Positions 30,251 through 39,097 of a DNA stretch of 64,000 bases are shown here, piece by piece. Origin of the DNA: an uncultured Opitutales bacterium (lineage in GTDB: Bacteria; Verrucomicrobiota; Verrucomicrobiia; Opitutales; JBHJGM01). The position numbers and the translations under genes were made by a program. The stretch covers positions 32,728-96,727 of the forward strand of contig CAYOPI010000002.1 of NCBI GenBank assembly GCA_964405825.1, in the 5' to 3' direction. Every line of letters starts with the position of its first letter. The stretch's first letter is position 1. A model generated the notes under the pieces. It was not told the DNA's origin and searched no databases. It saw nothing but the letters and a program-made list of their open reading frames with translations.

Positions 30251-31978
30251 TTAGGCGAAACGAGATGAAGGGTTCGGGCGGCTGTCGCTGCCCCATTGAA
30301 AATCGATCTGGAGGCCCTGGTCGGCGGCTTCGTCCACCAGTTGGCTCCAGCCCTCGCGCAGACTCTGGCGCAAGGACTCCGGCACCTCGCCCACGCGGAC
30401 CTGCACCCGGTCGCCGCCGAGCAAGCGCAGGCGCAGTTCGATGGCTTCGCCGCCTTCGAGCGGGAGGCGCACGTTCAGGCGCTCGGCCCCGCTGCGGCGC
30501 AACCGTTCAATCTGCTGCATCACCGCCGGCACAACCTCGGCAGCGCGCTGCGTGGTCGGATTTTGAAAGGTCTTTTCGCTGCGCCCGGACGCCTCCGCAT
30601 TCGCGCTGGAAACACCGTGAGCGGATTCACGACCTCCGCGATCAAAAGCTGAATTTCGGCCGCCGCCCTGCCCGTTGCCAAAGCCATCCTGACCGAACGC
30701 TGAACCGCCCGTGGCACTGCCAAACCCGGACCAGGCACTGCCGCCTCCGGTTGGGCTGCCACTGCGACCCAGGGTCACGTTGGCGCGGATTTCGGGTTCT
30801 ACGAGGGTCGACTTCATCGATGCTTCAGCCTTCTCAGCAACCGGCATGCCACCGGGGTTTCTTGAATCCGTAAGCGGCTTTCCATCAGCGGATAAGAAAT
30901 CTTTCCCGAACGCTGAACGAATCCCTTCGAACCCAGGTGCGAAGGCTTTGCCCGCTTCCCTTGCGGCAACATTTTCCGGAGCGGCAAGCCTGTCGGCCAA
31001 CGGCAGTCGAGTCGTGTCGGAACCGGTGCGCGAATCCGCCTGATTCAACCGATCGGCCAGCGTCTCGCGCCCGGCCTTCGCCGCCTTGGCGGCAGCCTGA
31101 CGAAGCGTCGGCTCGGTCGCGAATTCGGGCTTTGCAACCGGCGAGACTTCCGGCTTCACCGGAGGTGCCAGCGGCCCTGTTCCGGCACCAGGCCGCGCCG
31201 GCTTTCCATCGACCTGCTCCGTGGCCATGCGACCTTCACGCGGCATGCTTTCCGTGGTCCTGGCAGTGTCGGCTTCAGCTCCGCGTACCACCGGTTTGGC
31301 CTTGGCCAACGGAACTTCCACCTGCGTCTTGGGCGCGGATTGAGTCTGCGCCAGAAGTGCTTTGGGGTTCTCCCCAGACGCCTGCGCCGTCGAAGGACCC
31401 GAGGCCTTTGCTTCCGGAGAAACGGTGGGCTGCGGTAACGGCGTCGCCTTCGGGGCTGCTTCGGTTCGCACCGGCACCAGCGGCTTTCCTCCTTCGATCG
31501 AAGCTTCGGCAGACGGTTGGCCCATCAAAAAAGTTCCCGTCTTGCGAGCACCCTCCGTCGTCACTTCGGGCTCAACCGCTCGGGTCTGACCGACGCTCGA
31601 CTGCAACAGCGGCCTCGCCAAATCCTCGGCCGTCACCGCAGGCTCCGGCGCGGCTTTCGGCTTGGTCACGGGAACCTGCAACGTTTCCGAAGCGGTCAGT
31701 GCTTCCTTACCAAAAGACGCCACAGGCTGACGGCCCTCTTCCGGCGTGCCTGCCTCAGGCATCACCGATTCGGAAGCGGCCTGCCCCTCGTTCTGTCGAT
31801 CAGACAAGGATGGCTCGGCATTTCTGTCCTGAGACGGGCGAGGACGGTCCTCCGGCAGTTCAAAGGCCGGTGCGTCGCTCAAGTCAGGCCTGCTCGAACG
31901 CGAACGCGTCGAAAAAGCATCCGCGATCTGCGGGGCAGGTGCCGGCGGCACCAACGGGGTCTGCATGAAGTCTGCCAT
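30251..31978 (-). CDS. fliK: flagellar hook-length control protein FliK
   Basis: 575 aa. A long Pro/Ala/Glu-rich region is followed by a C-terminal Flg_hook-like core: LNVRLPLEGGEAIELRLRLLGGDRVQVRVGEVPESLRQSLREGWSQLVDEAADQGLQ. It lies between fliJ/ylxF-like and flgD. Confidence 0.75.
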   Translation of the reverse strand: MADFMQTPLVPPAPAPQIADAFSTRSRSSRPDLSDAPAFELPEDRPRPSQDRNAEPSLSDRQNEGQAASESVMPEAGTPEEGRQPVASFGKEALTASETLQVPVTKPKAAPEPAVTAEDLARPLLQSSVGQTRAVEPEVTTEGARKTGTFLMGQPSAEASIEGGKPLVPVRTEAAPKATPLPQPTVSPEAKASGPSTAQASGENPKALLAQTQSAPKTQVEVPLAKAKPVVRGAEADTARTTESMPREGRMATEQVDGKPARPGAGTGPLAPPVKPEVSPVAKPEFATEPTLRQAAAKAAKAGRETLADRLNQADSRTGSDTTRLPLADRLAAPENVAAREAGKAFAPGFEGIRSAFGKDFLSADGKPLTDSRNPGGMPVAEKAEASMKSTLVEPEIRANVTLGRSGSPTGGGSAWSGFGSATGGSAFGQDGFGNGQGGGRNSAFDRGGRESAHGVSSANAEASGRSEKTFQNPTTQRAAEVVPAVMQQIERLRRSGAERLNVRLPLEGGEAIELRLRLLGGDRVQVRVGEVPESLRQSLREGWSQLVDEAADQGLQIDFQWGSDSRPNPSSRFA

Positions 31979-31984
31979 GGAAAC

Positions 31985-32578
31985 TCACTTCTTCTCCGTC
32001 ACCATCATCCGCATCATCTCCGTGAGCTTGGCCACGCGCTGGCGCATCAACTCGGGAGCCTCGGAGTCGTTGGACATCTGCTGAAAGATCGGCCCGATGG
32101 CATCGCTGGGCATGTTACTCAACAGCTTCACGATGAAGTCATCCTCCAACTCGCGGAACACGTTCACCACGTCCTCGGCTTTCATGTCCGCGTAGATTCC
32201 AGCGAGCGTCTTGATGTTCTTCTGCTCGCTCTGCTTGACCTCGATGATGACTTTGGAGAGCTGGTCGCGCACCATCTGCATGTCCGCGCGCAGGCGCTCC
32301 AGCTCGGCGCGTTCAGCCTGCAGGCGCTCTTCAAAGCGCTTCAGGTCAATTTCGCGCGACTCCAGTTTCGAACGCTCGTCCAGCAGATCCTTGGAGGCCA
32401 CGTCGAGGTTGCGGGTATGGAAGTTGAAATGCTCCTGCGTGCCTTCAACCAGACCATAGTCTTCGGCCTTCTCCGGCAACAGCGTATCCATCATCCGAAT
32501 ACTCAAGAAGACCGACGTCGCGAGGTTTACGAGCAGGGCGAAGACCGCCAGGCCCCAGCTTGATTGCAGAAACTTCAT
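31985..32578 (-). CDS. YlxF/MotE-like flagellar protein (N-terminal TM, coiled coil, MgtE_N-type helical C-terminus)
   Basis: The start is set at MKFLQSSWGLAVFALLVNL (ATG 32578..32576), which overlaps the fliJ stop as ATGA; this gives 197 aa. LAGIYADMKAEDVVNVFRELEDDFIVKLLSNMPSDAIGPIFQQM resembles the MgtE_N/MotE fold. It occupies the same slot as ylxF in the Bacillus fla/che operon. Confidence 0.55.
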   Translation of the reverse strand: MKFLQSSWGLAVFALLVNLATSVFLSIRMMDTLLPEKAEDYGLVEGTQEHFNFHTRNLDVASKDLLDERSKLESREIDLKRFEERLQAERAELERLRADMQMVRDQLSKVIIEVKQSEQKNIKTLAGIYADMKAEDVVNVFRELEDDFIVKLLSNMPSDAIGPIFQQMSNDSEAPELMRQRVAKLTEMMRMMVTEKK

Positions 32579-33039
32579 GTCGGCAGTCCTCCAGCCAGCT
32601 GACAACGCCCGTGGCGGGTGTTCACCAGGTCGTCAATCATGAGCATTTCCAGGCGCTCGTTCGCGCGCTCATGGGCAAGCCGGCGACGCTCACGGAGCTT
32701 TTCCAGCATCTGCACCTTGACGCGAGCCGCGCGATACGTTTCCAGCGCGGCGGCCTCCTCCCTGGCCCGGTGCTGTTCCTGGATGCGAGCGTCGCGCAGA
32801 TGCTCCGAAATTCCCGTCTCTGCCTGCAGCAACTGCTGCTGCGCCGATATCGGAAAGGCTCCCTCGCGTCCCTGCTTCATCGACTCGCCCAGAGCGCCCT
32901 TGGCCGCAATCGCCGCGTCCACCAATGCCCGCGCCTGCCGCCGGGCCTGCAGCGCCTGCACAAACAACCCCTGCGCGCGCTCCTTCTCGGATTCACGCAA
33001 ACGCTGAAGTGCTTCCAAATTGAATCGAAACGGCTTCAT
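32575..33039 (-). CDS. fliJ: flagellar export chaperone/stalk protein FliJ
   Basis: 154 aa, all-helical and Arg/Glu/Ala/Gln-rich. MKPFRFNLEALQRLRESEKERAQ is a typical FliJ start. It has 4-nt overlaps with fliI upstream and the ylxF-like gene downstream. Confidence 0.7.
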   Translation of the reverse strand: MKPFRFNLEALQRLRESEKERAQGLFVQALQARRQARALVDAAIAAKGALGESMKQGREGAFPISAQQQLLQAETGISEHLRDARIQEQHRAREEAAALETYRAARVKVQMLEKLRERRRLAHERANERLEMLMIDDLVNTRHGRCQLAGGLPT

Positions 33040-34358
33040 GCGACGATGGCGCCGAGCGCCTGCAGGGTTTCCGTCCGGGGCATCAATTCTCCGGGATGCT
33101 GTTGCAGGAACTGCTGCAGCGGTTCATGACGTGCGATGGCTGTATCCAGTTTCTGGTTACTTCCGTTGGCGTAGGCGCCGATATTGATCAAATCCTCGTT
33201 GCGCTTGTAGAGCGTCAGAAGGTCGCGGGCCCGAGAGACGATCGCCTGTTCTTCGGCCGTCAGCAGCACTGTCTGCAGGCGGCTGATGCTTTCCAGCACG
33301 TCGACCGCCGGGTAGTGGTTGGCCGCAGCCAGCGCGCGGTTGAGCACGATGTGCCCGTCGAGGATACCACGCACGGCGTCCGTCACCGGCTCATTCAGAT
33401 CATCGCCCTCGACCAGCACCGTGTACAGCGCGGTGATTGAACCTCGCTCGCCCATGCCGGAGCGCTCCAGCAACCGCGGCAGTAACGAGAAGACCGATGG
33501 CGTGTAACCACGCGTGGTGGGCGGTTCACCCACGGCCAGGCCAATCTCGCGCTGCGCCATCGCCAGGCGCGTTACAGAGTCCATCAGCAGCAGCACATCC
33601 TGACCTTCGTCACGAAAACTCTCGGCGATCCGCGTCGCCAGTTCAGCCGCCCGCAGGCGAAGCGGCGCGCTCTGGTCGGACGTCGAGACCACCACCACCG
33701 AACGCGCCAGACCTTCCGGCCCCAAATCGTTCTCGATGAACTCGCGCAACTCGCGGCCACGTTCTCCCACCAGCGCGATCACGTTGACGTCGGCCTTGCC
33801 CCCGCGCGCGACCATGCCCAGCAACGTGGACTTCCCCACACCGCTGCCGGCGAAAATCCCCATGCGCTGACCCACCCCCAACGGCGAGAAGCTGTCGATC
33901 GAACGCACCCCGGTGGAGAACGCCGTGTCGATGCGCTGCCGCCGCATCGGATTGGGCAACTGCGCGCGCGCATTCGTTGCCGCCTGCGTCGCAAGCCGTC
34001 CCTTGCCGTCGATCGGACGGCCCAGCCCGTCAAGCACCCGACCCAGCAGGGCCGTGCCTGAAGGCACATCGTTACGGCCGCTCGCGGCCACCGTGCGACA
34101 GCCCGGATGCAGATCGCGCACTTCGCCCAGCGGCATCAGCAGGACGCGATTATCGCGGAAGCCCACCACCTCGGCGGTCGTCGCCGCACCCTTTCGGTCC
34201 GAAACGATCTCGCACAAGTCCCCCAGCGCAACGTCCGGGCCCTCGGACTCGATGATCAGACCGGTCACCTGCACGATACGCCCGACCTTCTCAATCGGGT
34301 GGACCGTGGCCAGGCGTCCGGACAACCAGTCCAGGCTCTCTGTGACTTCGGCAAACAT
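33036..34358 (-). CDS. fliI: flagellum-specific ATPase FliI
   Basis: 440 aa. Walker A: GIFAGSGVGKSTLLGMV. Walker B: VLLLMDSVTR. It has F1-beta-like motifs throughout. Confidence 0.95.
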   Translation of the reverse strand: MFAEVTESLDWLSGRLATVHPIEKVGRIVQVTGLIIESEGPDVALGDLCEIVSDRKGAATTAEVVGFRDNRVLLMPLGEVRDLHPGCRTVAASGRNDVPSGTALLGRVLDGLGRPIDGKGRLATQAATNARAQLPNPMRRQRIDTAFSTGVRSIDSFSPLGVGQRMGIFAGSGVGKSTLLGMVARGGKADVNVIALVGERGRELREFIENDLGPEGLARSVVVVSTSDQSAPLRLRAAELATRIAESFRDEGQDVLLLMDSVTRLAMAQREIGLAVGEPPTTRGYTPSVFSLLPRLLERSGMGERGSITALYTVLVEGDDLNEPVTDAVRGILDGHIVLNRALAAANHYPAVDVLESISRLQTVLLTAEEQAIVSRARDLLTLYKRNEDLINIGAYANGSNQKLDTAIARHEPLQQFLQQHPGELMPRTETLQALGAIVA

Positions 34359-34361
34359 CGT

Positions 34362-34952
34362 CTATCCGGAAATCTGACTGCGAAGGTTGCGGAGTTTGGT
34401 GTCGCGGCGGGCATCGATCAGCCCAAAGCGTGTGCTCACCTGGCAATCGCCCGGCTCAAGGTCGGCGTTCTCGCGAAAGGCAAGCTGCGGGTAACGCGCC
34501 TGCAGTTCGGTATCGAGCCCGGCCATCAACGCGTGGTCCTGCGGGTTGAGCAGCACCTCAACGGGCGCGTCACCGGGGGTGGCCTCCTCCAGTTGCTTCT
34601 CAACGATGCGCCGCATCAGTTCAGCGTCCGAGGGCAAGGCACCCACTACGCGTTCAGCCACCGCCAGGACAAGGTCCGGCAGACGCTGGCTCATCTCGCG
34701 CTTGAGTTCGGCAAAGGCTTCGTTCACCGCCGCGAGCACCTTCTGGTTCAGGTGCAGCATCTCCTCGCGGGTCTGGTGAATCTGGTGCGCGCAGACCTCC
34801 TCGACCGAAGCGCGCCCTTCGGCCCGCGCCGTTTCGCAGAGACGTTCGACCTCGGCCACCTCGATCGGTGTCGGGGCCGCACGCGCCACCCGTACCGCCC
34901 GAACCGGCCGACCCACCCGGACCGTTCGACTATACCTTGTCGCCTTCGGCAT
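34362..34952 (-). CDS. fliH: flagellar assembly protein FliH
   Basis: 196 aa. LAVAERVVGALPSDAELMRRIVEKQLEE...VEVLLNPQDHALM...DCQVSTRFGLIDARRDTKL matches the FliH C-terminal pattern. It lies between fliG and fliI. The start overlaps the fliG end by 23 nt, so the start is uncertain. Confidence 0.75.
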   Translation of the reverse strand: MPKATRYSRTVRVGRPVRAVRVARAAPTPIEVAEVERLCETARAEGRASVEEVCAHQIHQTREEMLHLNQKVLAAVNEAFAELKREMSQRLPDLVLAVAERVVGALPSDAELMRRIVEKQLEEATPGDAPVEVLLNPQDHALMAGLDTELQARYPQLAFRENADLEPGDCQVSTRFGLIDARRDTKLRNLRSQISG

Positions 34953-35955
34953 CGAGCGTGATCTCCTCTTCTTCCTCCAGACGGCGTACGATCTGGATAA
35001 TGCGATCCTGGGCGGCCTCGACCTCCTTGAGTCGCACCGGGCCCATCATGTCGATCTCCTCCTTGAGCGTTTCGGCCGCGCGCTTGGACACGGACTTGAA
35101 AATGGCCTCCTGCAGGATCGGGTGTGCCGACTTCATCGCCACGACCAGGTCCGACATCTCCACCTCGCGCGTCACGCGCTGCAGGTCCGCCGGGCTCAAC
35201 CGCTGCAGGTCGTCGAAGCTGAACATCTTCTTGCGGATGGCCGCGCCCAGGCCGGGGTTGCGCTCTTCCAGCTTGTTCAGGAGCGTCTTGCACATGTCCT
35301 TGTCCAGGTTGTTGAGCAAGTCGGCCACCTGGCGCAGGCCGCCGCTGTGGTGCAAAGTGTAGCGCTCCTTGGTGCTGATGTGCTGCTTGAGCGAGGTCAC
35401 GACCTTGGCCACCATCTCGAGCGAAGTCGTATCCATCGATCCGATACGCTCCACCACATCCTCGCGGATGTCGGGGGTAAGCATCTCCACCACCTGGGTC
35501 GCCTTGTCCATGTTCAGGTGCGAAACCAGGAAGGCGATTGTCTGGCTCTGCTCATCGCGCACCAGATTGAAGATCTGCCGGGGCTCCATCTCGGAGATTT
35601 CGGCGATCAGCTCGGGTGTGTTTCCCACCGGCGAAATGCGCCCCAGAATCGACGCTGCTTTGTAGTCGCCGCGGGCCATCTCCAACGCGCGCTGGGCAAA
35701 CTGATTGCCGCCCAGGATGGCGTTCATGCTCTCGCCAATGATCTTCGAAAACTCGTCGATGACCGCCGCAGCCATCTCATCGTCGATGATCTTGATGTTG
35801 GAGATCTCGCCGCAGACCTGCTCCAGCTCGTAGTCGTCAAAGCCCTCGAGCAAACGCGCCGAGGCCTTCGGACCGATCACGATCAGAAAGATCGCCAGGC
35901 GCTGCGTCTTCGACAGCGTCTCGTATTTTACCGGCTCGTTGTTTATCGCGGCCAT
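34930..35955 (-). CDS. fliG: flagellar motor switch protein FliG
   Basis: 341 aa. LSKTQRLAIFLIVIGPKASARLL, MLTPDIREDVVERIGSM, and FSFDDLQRLSPADLQRVTREVEMSDLVVAMKSA. The C-terminal torque helix region is present. Confidence 0.95.
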   Translation of the reverse strand: MAAINNEPVKYETLSKTQRLAIFLIVIGPKASARLLEGFDDYELEQVCGEISNIKIIDDEMAAAVIDEFSKIIGESMNAILGGNQFAQRALEMARGDYKAASILGRISPVGNTPELIAEISEMEPRQIFNLVRDEQSQTIAFLVSHLNMDKATQVVEMLTPDIREDVVERIGSMDTTSLEMVAKVVTSLKQHISTKERYTLHHSGGLRQVADLLNNLDKDMCKTLLNKLEERNPGLGAAIRKKMFSFDDLQRLSPADLQRVTREVEMSDLVVAMKSAHPILQEAIFKSVSKRAAETLKEEIDMMGPVRLKEVEAAQDRIIQIVRRLEEEEEITLDAEGDKV

Positions 35956-35976
35956 GACCGTACGTCCTGCTCTGGG

Positions 35977-37560
35977 CTAGCGGCTGCTGTTGCTGGTCAT
36001 CCAGTTCTTCAGCGCAATGCTCACGTTGTCGGGCTTCTGCGAGATGAGATCGTTGAGCAGCTGAGGGGTGGGCTTGGCCAGCATGCGCTGGCGCCGGTCG
36101 TCGGCCTGCGCGACGGGCTCGCGGTCCTCGATGATCTCCACGCCAAACTGGTCAAAGCGGTGCCGGCGCAGCATCCGCAGGAATACCATGAACAACAGCA
36201 CGGCCACGCCCACGGCGGCGAAATTCTTGCCCAGGTCCAGCCAGCGATACAAAGGTCCGTTGACCATCCCCCAAAGGCTTTCGTCCTCCTCCACTCCGAT
36301 GAAGGGCATCTCGGTGATGGTGACCTTCGGCTGCACGTTGCTGCCGGTGGGCACGGCCAGGCCGAGCGCGTTGCTGACCATCTCGTGAATCGAGTCCAGT
36401 TCCTCAGGCGTGCGCGGCGCCGGCTCCAACTCGCCGCTCTCCTCGTTGACCTGGGTCTTCGCCGCCACGAAGACGGCCGCGGTCACCTCGCGAATGTCGC
36501 CCGGGCTCTTGCGCGTCTCGCGCGTCTGGCGGTTGACGAGGTACTCCGTCTCGGAGTTCTTGCGCGTGTCCGAAGTGCTGTTGAGCGAACCGGGGCCGCC
36601 GTCGGCCTGCTCTTCGGGAAGGTTGGCCGCGATCCCGGCCGCGACGTTGCCACCGCTGGTCTCGGTGGTTTCGGTGCCCTCTTCCGTCTTGGTCTGGCGC
36701 GCAATCACCTGGCCTTCGGGATCGTAGACTTCCTCGACCAGCGTCGTTGCCTCCGTTTCGAGATCCACGGATACGCGGGCCACCACGTTGCCCGGTCCGA
36801 CAACGGGCAGCAGCAGCGCCTCGATCTTTTCCTGCAGGTAAGACTCGTGCTTTTGCTGCATGCGCAGGTGGCCGTTGGCCAGGCTGTAGGACTCGTCCGA
36901 GCGCACCCGCTCCGACAGGACATTGCCGCGGCTGTCCACCACCGCCACGTCGTTGAGGTCCAGACCTTCCACCGCATTGGCCACCAGGAAGCGCACGGCA
37001 TTGATCGAGCCCTCGTCGAGCATGTGCCCGCCGGTGTCGACAAAGACCGACGCCGTTGCGCGGTTGCGCGCGTTGTCCAGCAGCAGCCGGTTCTCGGGCA
37101 TCACCACCATGACCCGAGCCTGCCGCACGCCCTGCAGCTGAGAGATTGTCCGGCCCAACTCGCCCTGCACCGCGCGCACGTAGTTGATCTGCTGGTGCTT
37201 CTCGCTGTAGCCAAAGTTGCCCTCGTCAAAAATCTCGAAGCCCACACCGCCGGTTGCCGGCATGCCCTTGGCCGCCAAACTCATCCGCACCCCATGCACC
37301 TCGGACGAACGCACCCAGACCCCGCGGCCATTGGAGCGCAGCTCGTAGTCGACCTTCTGCGAGTCCAGCTCCTGCACGACCTCGGCCATTTCCTCGGCTT
37401 CCAGACCGCCGTAAAGCAGCTGCATCGAAGGCCGGCTCGACCAGTACAGCAGCGTCGCCATACCGACAAAAACGCCGAGCACCGAGAGGGTGATACTGAG
37501 CTTCTGAACCGCGCTTAGCTCGGACCAGAAATGCGTGATTTGGTGGACGAAACCTTTCAT
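35977..37560 (-). CDS. fliF: flagellar MS-ring protein FliF
   Basis: 527 aa. N-terminal TM, then LLYGGLEAEEMAEVVQELDSQKVDYEL...GVWVRSSEVHGVRMSLAAKGMP and YVRAVQGELGRTISQLQGVRQARV, followed by a C-terminal TM. Confidence 0.95.
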   Translation of the reverse strand: MKGFVHQITHFWSELSAVQKLSITLSVLGVFVGMATLLYWSSRPSMQLLYGGLEAEEMAEVVQELDSQKVDYELRSNGRGVWVRSSEVHGVRMSLAAKGMPATGGVGFEIFDEGNFGYSEKHQQINYVRAVQGELGRTISQLQGVRQARVMVVMPENRLLLDNARNRATASVFVDTGGHMLDEGSINAVRFLVANAVEGLDLNDVAVVDSRGNVLSERVRSDESYSLANGHLRMQQKHESYLQEKIEALLLPVVGPGNVVARVSVDLETEATTLVEEVYDPEGQVIARQTKTEEGTETTETSGGNVAAGIAANLPEEQADGGPGSLNSTSDTRKNSETEYLVNRQTRETRKSPGDIREVTAAVFVAAKTQVNEESGELEPAPRTPEELDSIHEMVSNALGLAVPTGSNVQPKVTITEMPFIGVEEDESLWGMVNGPLYRWLDLGKNFAAVGVAVLLFMVFLRMLRRHRFDQFGVEIIEDREPVAQADDRRQRMLAKPTPQLLNDLISQKPDNVSIALKNWMTSNSSR

Positions 37561-37594
37561 CGACTAGGGACAGTAGGGTTGGGAAGCACGGTCA

Positions 37595-37975
37595 TTACAC
37601 CTGCATGCGCATGATTTCCTGATAGGACTCCACCAGCTTGTTGCGCGTCTCCACCAGCAGGGTGAAGGCGACGCTGGCTTCCTGCATGGCGATCACACTG
37701 GCATGGAGGTTGTCGCTCTCGCCGGCCATCAGCTTGCGGGCCTCCGCGCGCCCTTCCTTCTGCGTGGCATCCACCTGGCTGATCAGGTCCGTGAGCATCG
37801 TGTCGAAGGAGGCCCGGGAGCTTCCGTCGACCCGCCCGGGATCGCTCACCCCGTCCACGCCCATGCGGCTGAGCGTGCGGTTGATGTCGCCCAGGGAATT
37901 CGGCCCCTGCGTCATGCCCGGGTCGGTGGAACGCAGCAGCTCGCCGAGTCCAGTGATGCCTTCTAAGCCTGCCAT
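37595..37975 (-). CDS. fliE: flagellar hook-basal body complex protein FliE
   Basis: 126 aa. SFDTMLTDLISQVDATQKEGRAEARKLMAGESDNLHASVIAMQEASVAFTLLVETRNKLVESYQEIMRMQV. Confidence 0.85.
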   Translation of the reverse strand: MAGLEGITGLGELLRSTDPGMTQGPNSLGDINRTLSRMGVDGVSDPGRVDGSSRASFDTMLTDLISQVDATQKEGRAEARKLMAGESDNLHASVIAMQEASVAFTLLVETRNKLVESYQEIMRMQV

Positions 37976-38010
37976 GAGGAAAGTCGTTCGGGAGATTCAG
38001 TCAGTGAGCG

Positions 38011-38433
38011 TCAGGAAGAAATCTGCATGGCGTTGCGCGCCATCTCGCGCGAAGCCTTCACCGCTTCCAGGTTGGCCTCGTAGCTGCGCGAGGAGGTGAT
38101 CAAATCCACCATCTCACGCGCCATCTTCACGTTGGGCATCTGCACCATGCCGCTACTGTCAGCGTGCGGGTGGCCCGGGCTGTAGATGCGCTCGCCCGGG
38201 TTCGGATCCTCCACAATGCCCGAGAGACGAACGCCGCGCAGCGCGCGATCCTGGGCCCCGCGGCTGTCCGGATCGAGGAAGCTCTCAAAGACCGCCAGCT
38301 TGCGCTGGTACACCTGGCCATCGGGGCCACGCGTGGTGTTGGCGTTGGCAATGTTCTGCGAGATCAGGTCCATGCGCACGCGCTCGGCGTCGAGGGCCTG
38401 CACACTGGGTTCAATGCCGGAGAGAAGGTTCAT
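38011..38433 (-). CDS. flgC: flagellar proximal rod protein FlgC
   Basis: 140 aa. RMDLISQNIANANTTRGPDG..YQRK...PGHPHADSSGMVQMPNVKMAREMVDLITSSRSYEANL. Confidence 0.9.
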   Translation of the reverse strand: MNLLSGIEPSVQALDAERVRMDLISQNIANANTTRGPDGQVYQRKLAVFESFLDPDSRGAQDRALRGVRLSGIVEDPNPGERIYSPGHPHADSSGMVQMPNVKMAREMVDLITSSRSYEANLEAVKASREMARNAMQISS

Positions 38434-38467
38434 GACGTGATTTGGCAGGAGGGTCGGGTCGGAACGA

Positions 38468-38887
38468 TCAGATGCTGCGACCGGTGATGGCCCGCTTGAG
38501 ACCCTTGAGGCTGTCGCTCACATACTTGCTCAGGTATTCATACTCCATGGTATTGCGATTGATCTGCAGCAGCTCGTTCTCGATGGAGACGTTGTTGCCA
38601 TCCGGGCGCACCGCCGCCGCGCTGGGGTCGCGTTCCACGCTCGGTTTCAACTGCGAAAGCGCTTCGGCTCCCTGCCCCTTGCCCACGGCCCGCTGCAGCT
38701 GCCGCTCAAAGTCCACCGCCAGGTCCACCCGCTGGTAACCGGGCGTCTCGGCGTTGGCCAGGTTGCTGGCCAGGGCCTGATGACGCAGCTCAGCCGCATC
38801 CAGCAGCGTCTTGGCCAGGGTGTAGTTCTCGGTGTTGAAGAGGGTTTCCATGGGAGATGGACCCGTGGTCAGCAACGGCCATGCCAT
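38468..38887 (-). CDS. flgB: flagellar proximal rod protein FlgB
   Basis: 139 aa. HQALASNLANAETPGYQRVDL...RPDGNNVSIENELLQINRNTMEYEYLSKYV. An AAGGAAG lies 12 nt upstream of the 38887 ATG. An alternative start is METLFNT at 38851. Confidence 0.85.
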   Translation of the reverse strand: MAWPLLTTGPSPMETLFNTENYTLAKTLLDAAELRHQALASNLANAETPGYQRVDLAVDFERQLQRAVGKGQGAEALSQLKPSVERDPSAAAVRPDGNNVSIENELLQINRNTMEYEYLSKYVSDSLKGLKRAITGRSI

Positions 38888-39097
38888 CGGGCCGAAGGGC
38901 TTCCTTAACCTCTCTTCATCAATTGCTTAAAAATTTTGACAAGGCCTTTACGACCCACCTTGCCCCTTCGCGGTACATTCTGCCTACAGGATTTCCCCGA
39001 TGGGTGAGTTCACTCTTTGCCGCCCGCCGGCCGGCCCTTTGGTAAAGCCAACTCAATTGCGGACGACCTAACAGTTCCACCCCACTGCGCTCGTTCG

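Noticed and set aside
35122-37518. 798-aa + strand ORF antisense to fliG and fliF.
   Set aside because: It is a shadow frame of two highly conserved genes, with no recognisable motif and a composition dominated by G, R, A, L, V, H and D.
38888-39097. Divergent flgB/cheR intergenic region, searched for sigma-54, sigma-28 and sigma-70 type promoters. It contains a perfect TTGACA at 38934..38939 (+) and an AT-rich patch at 38918..38940.
   Set aside because: No acceptable -10 element lies at 16-18 nt from the TTGACA. No GG-N10-GC or TAAA-N15-CCGAT arrangement occurs on either strand. Promoters surely exist here, but I cannot place them.
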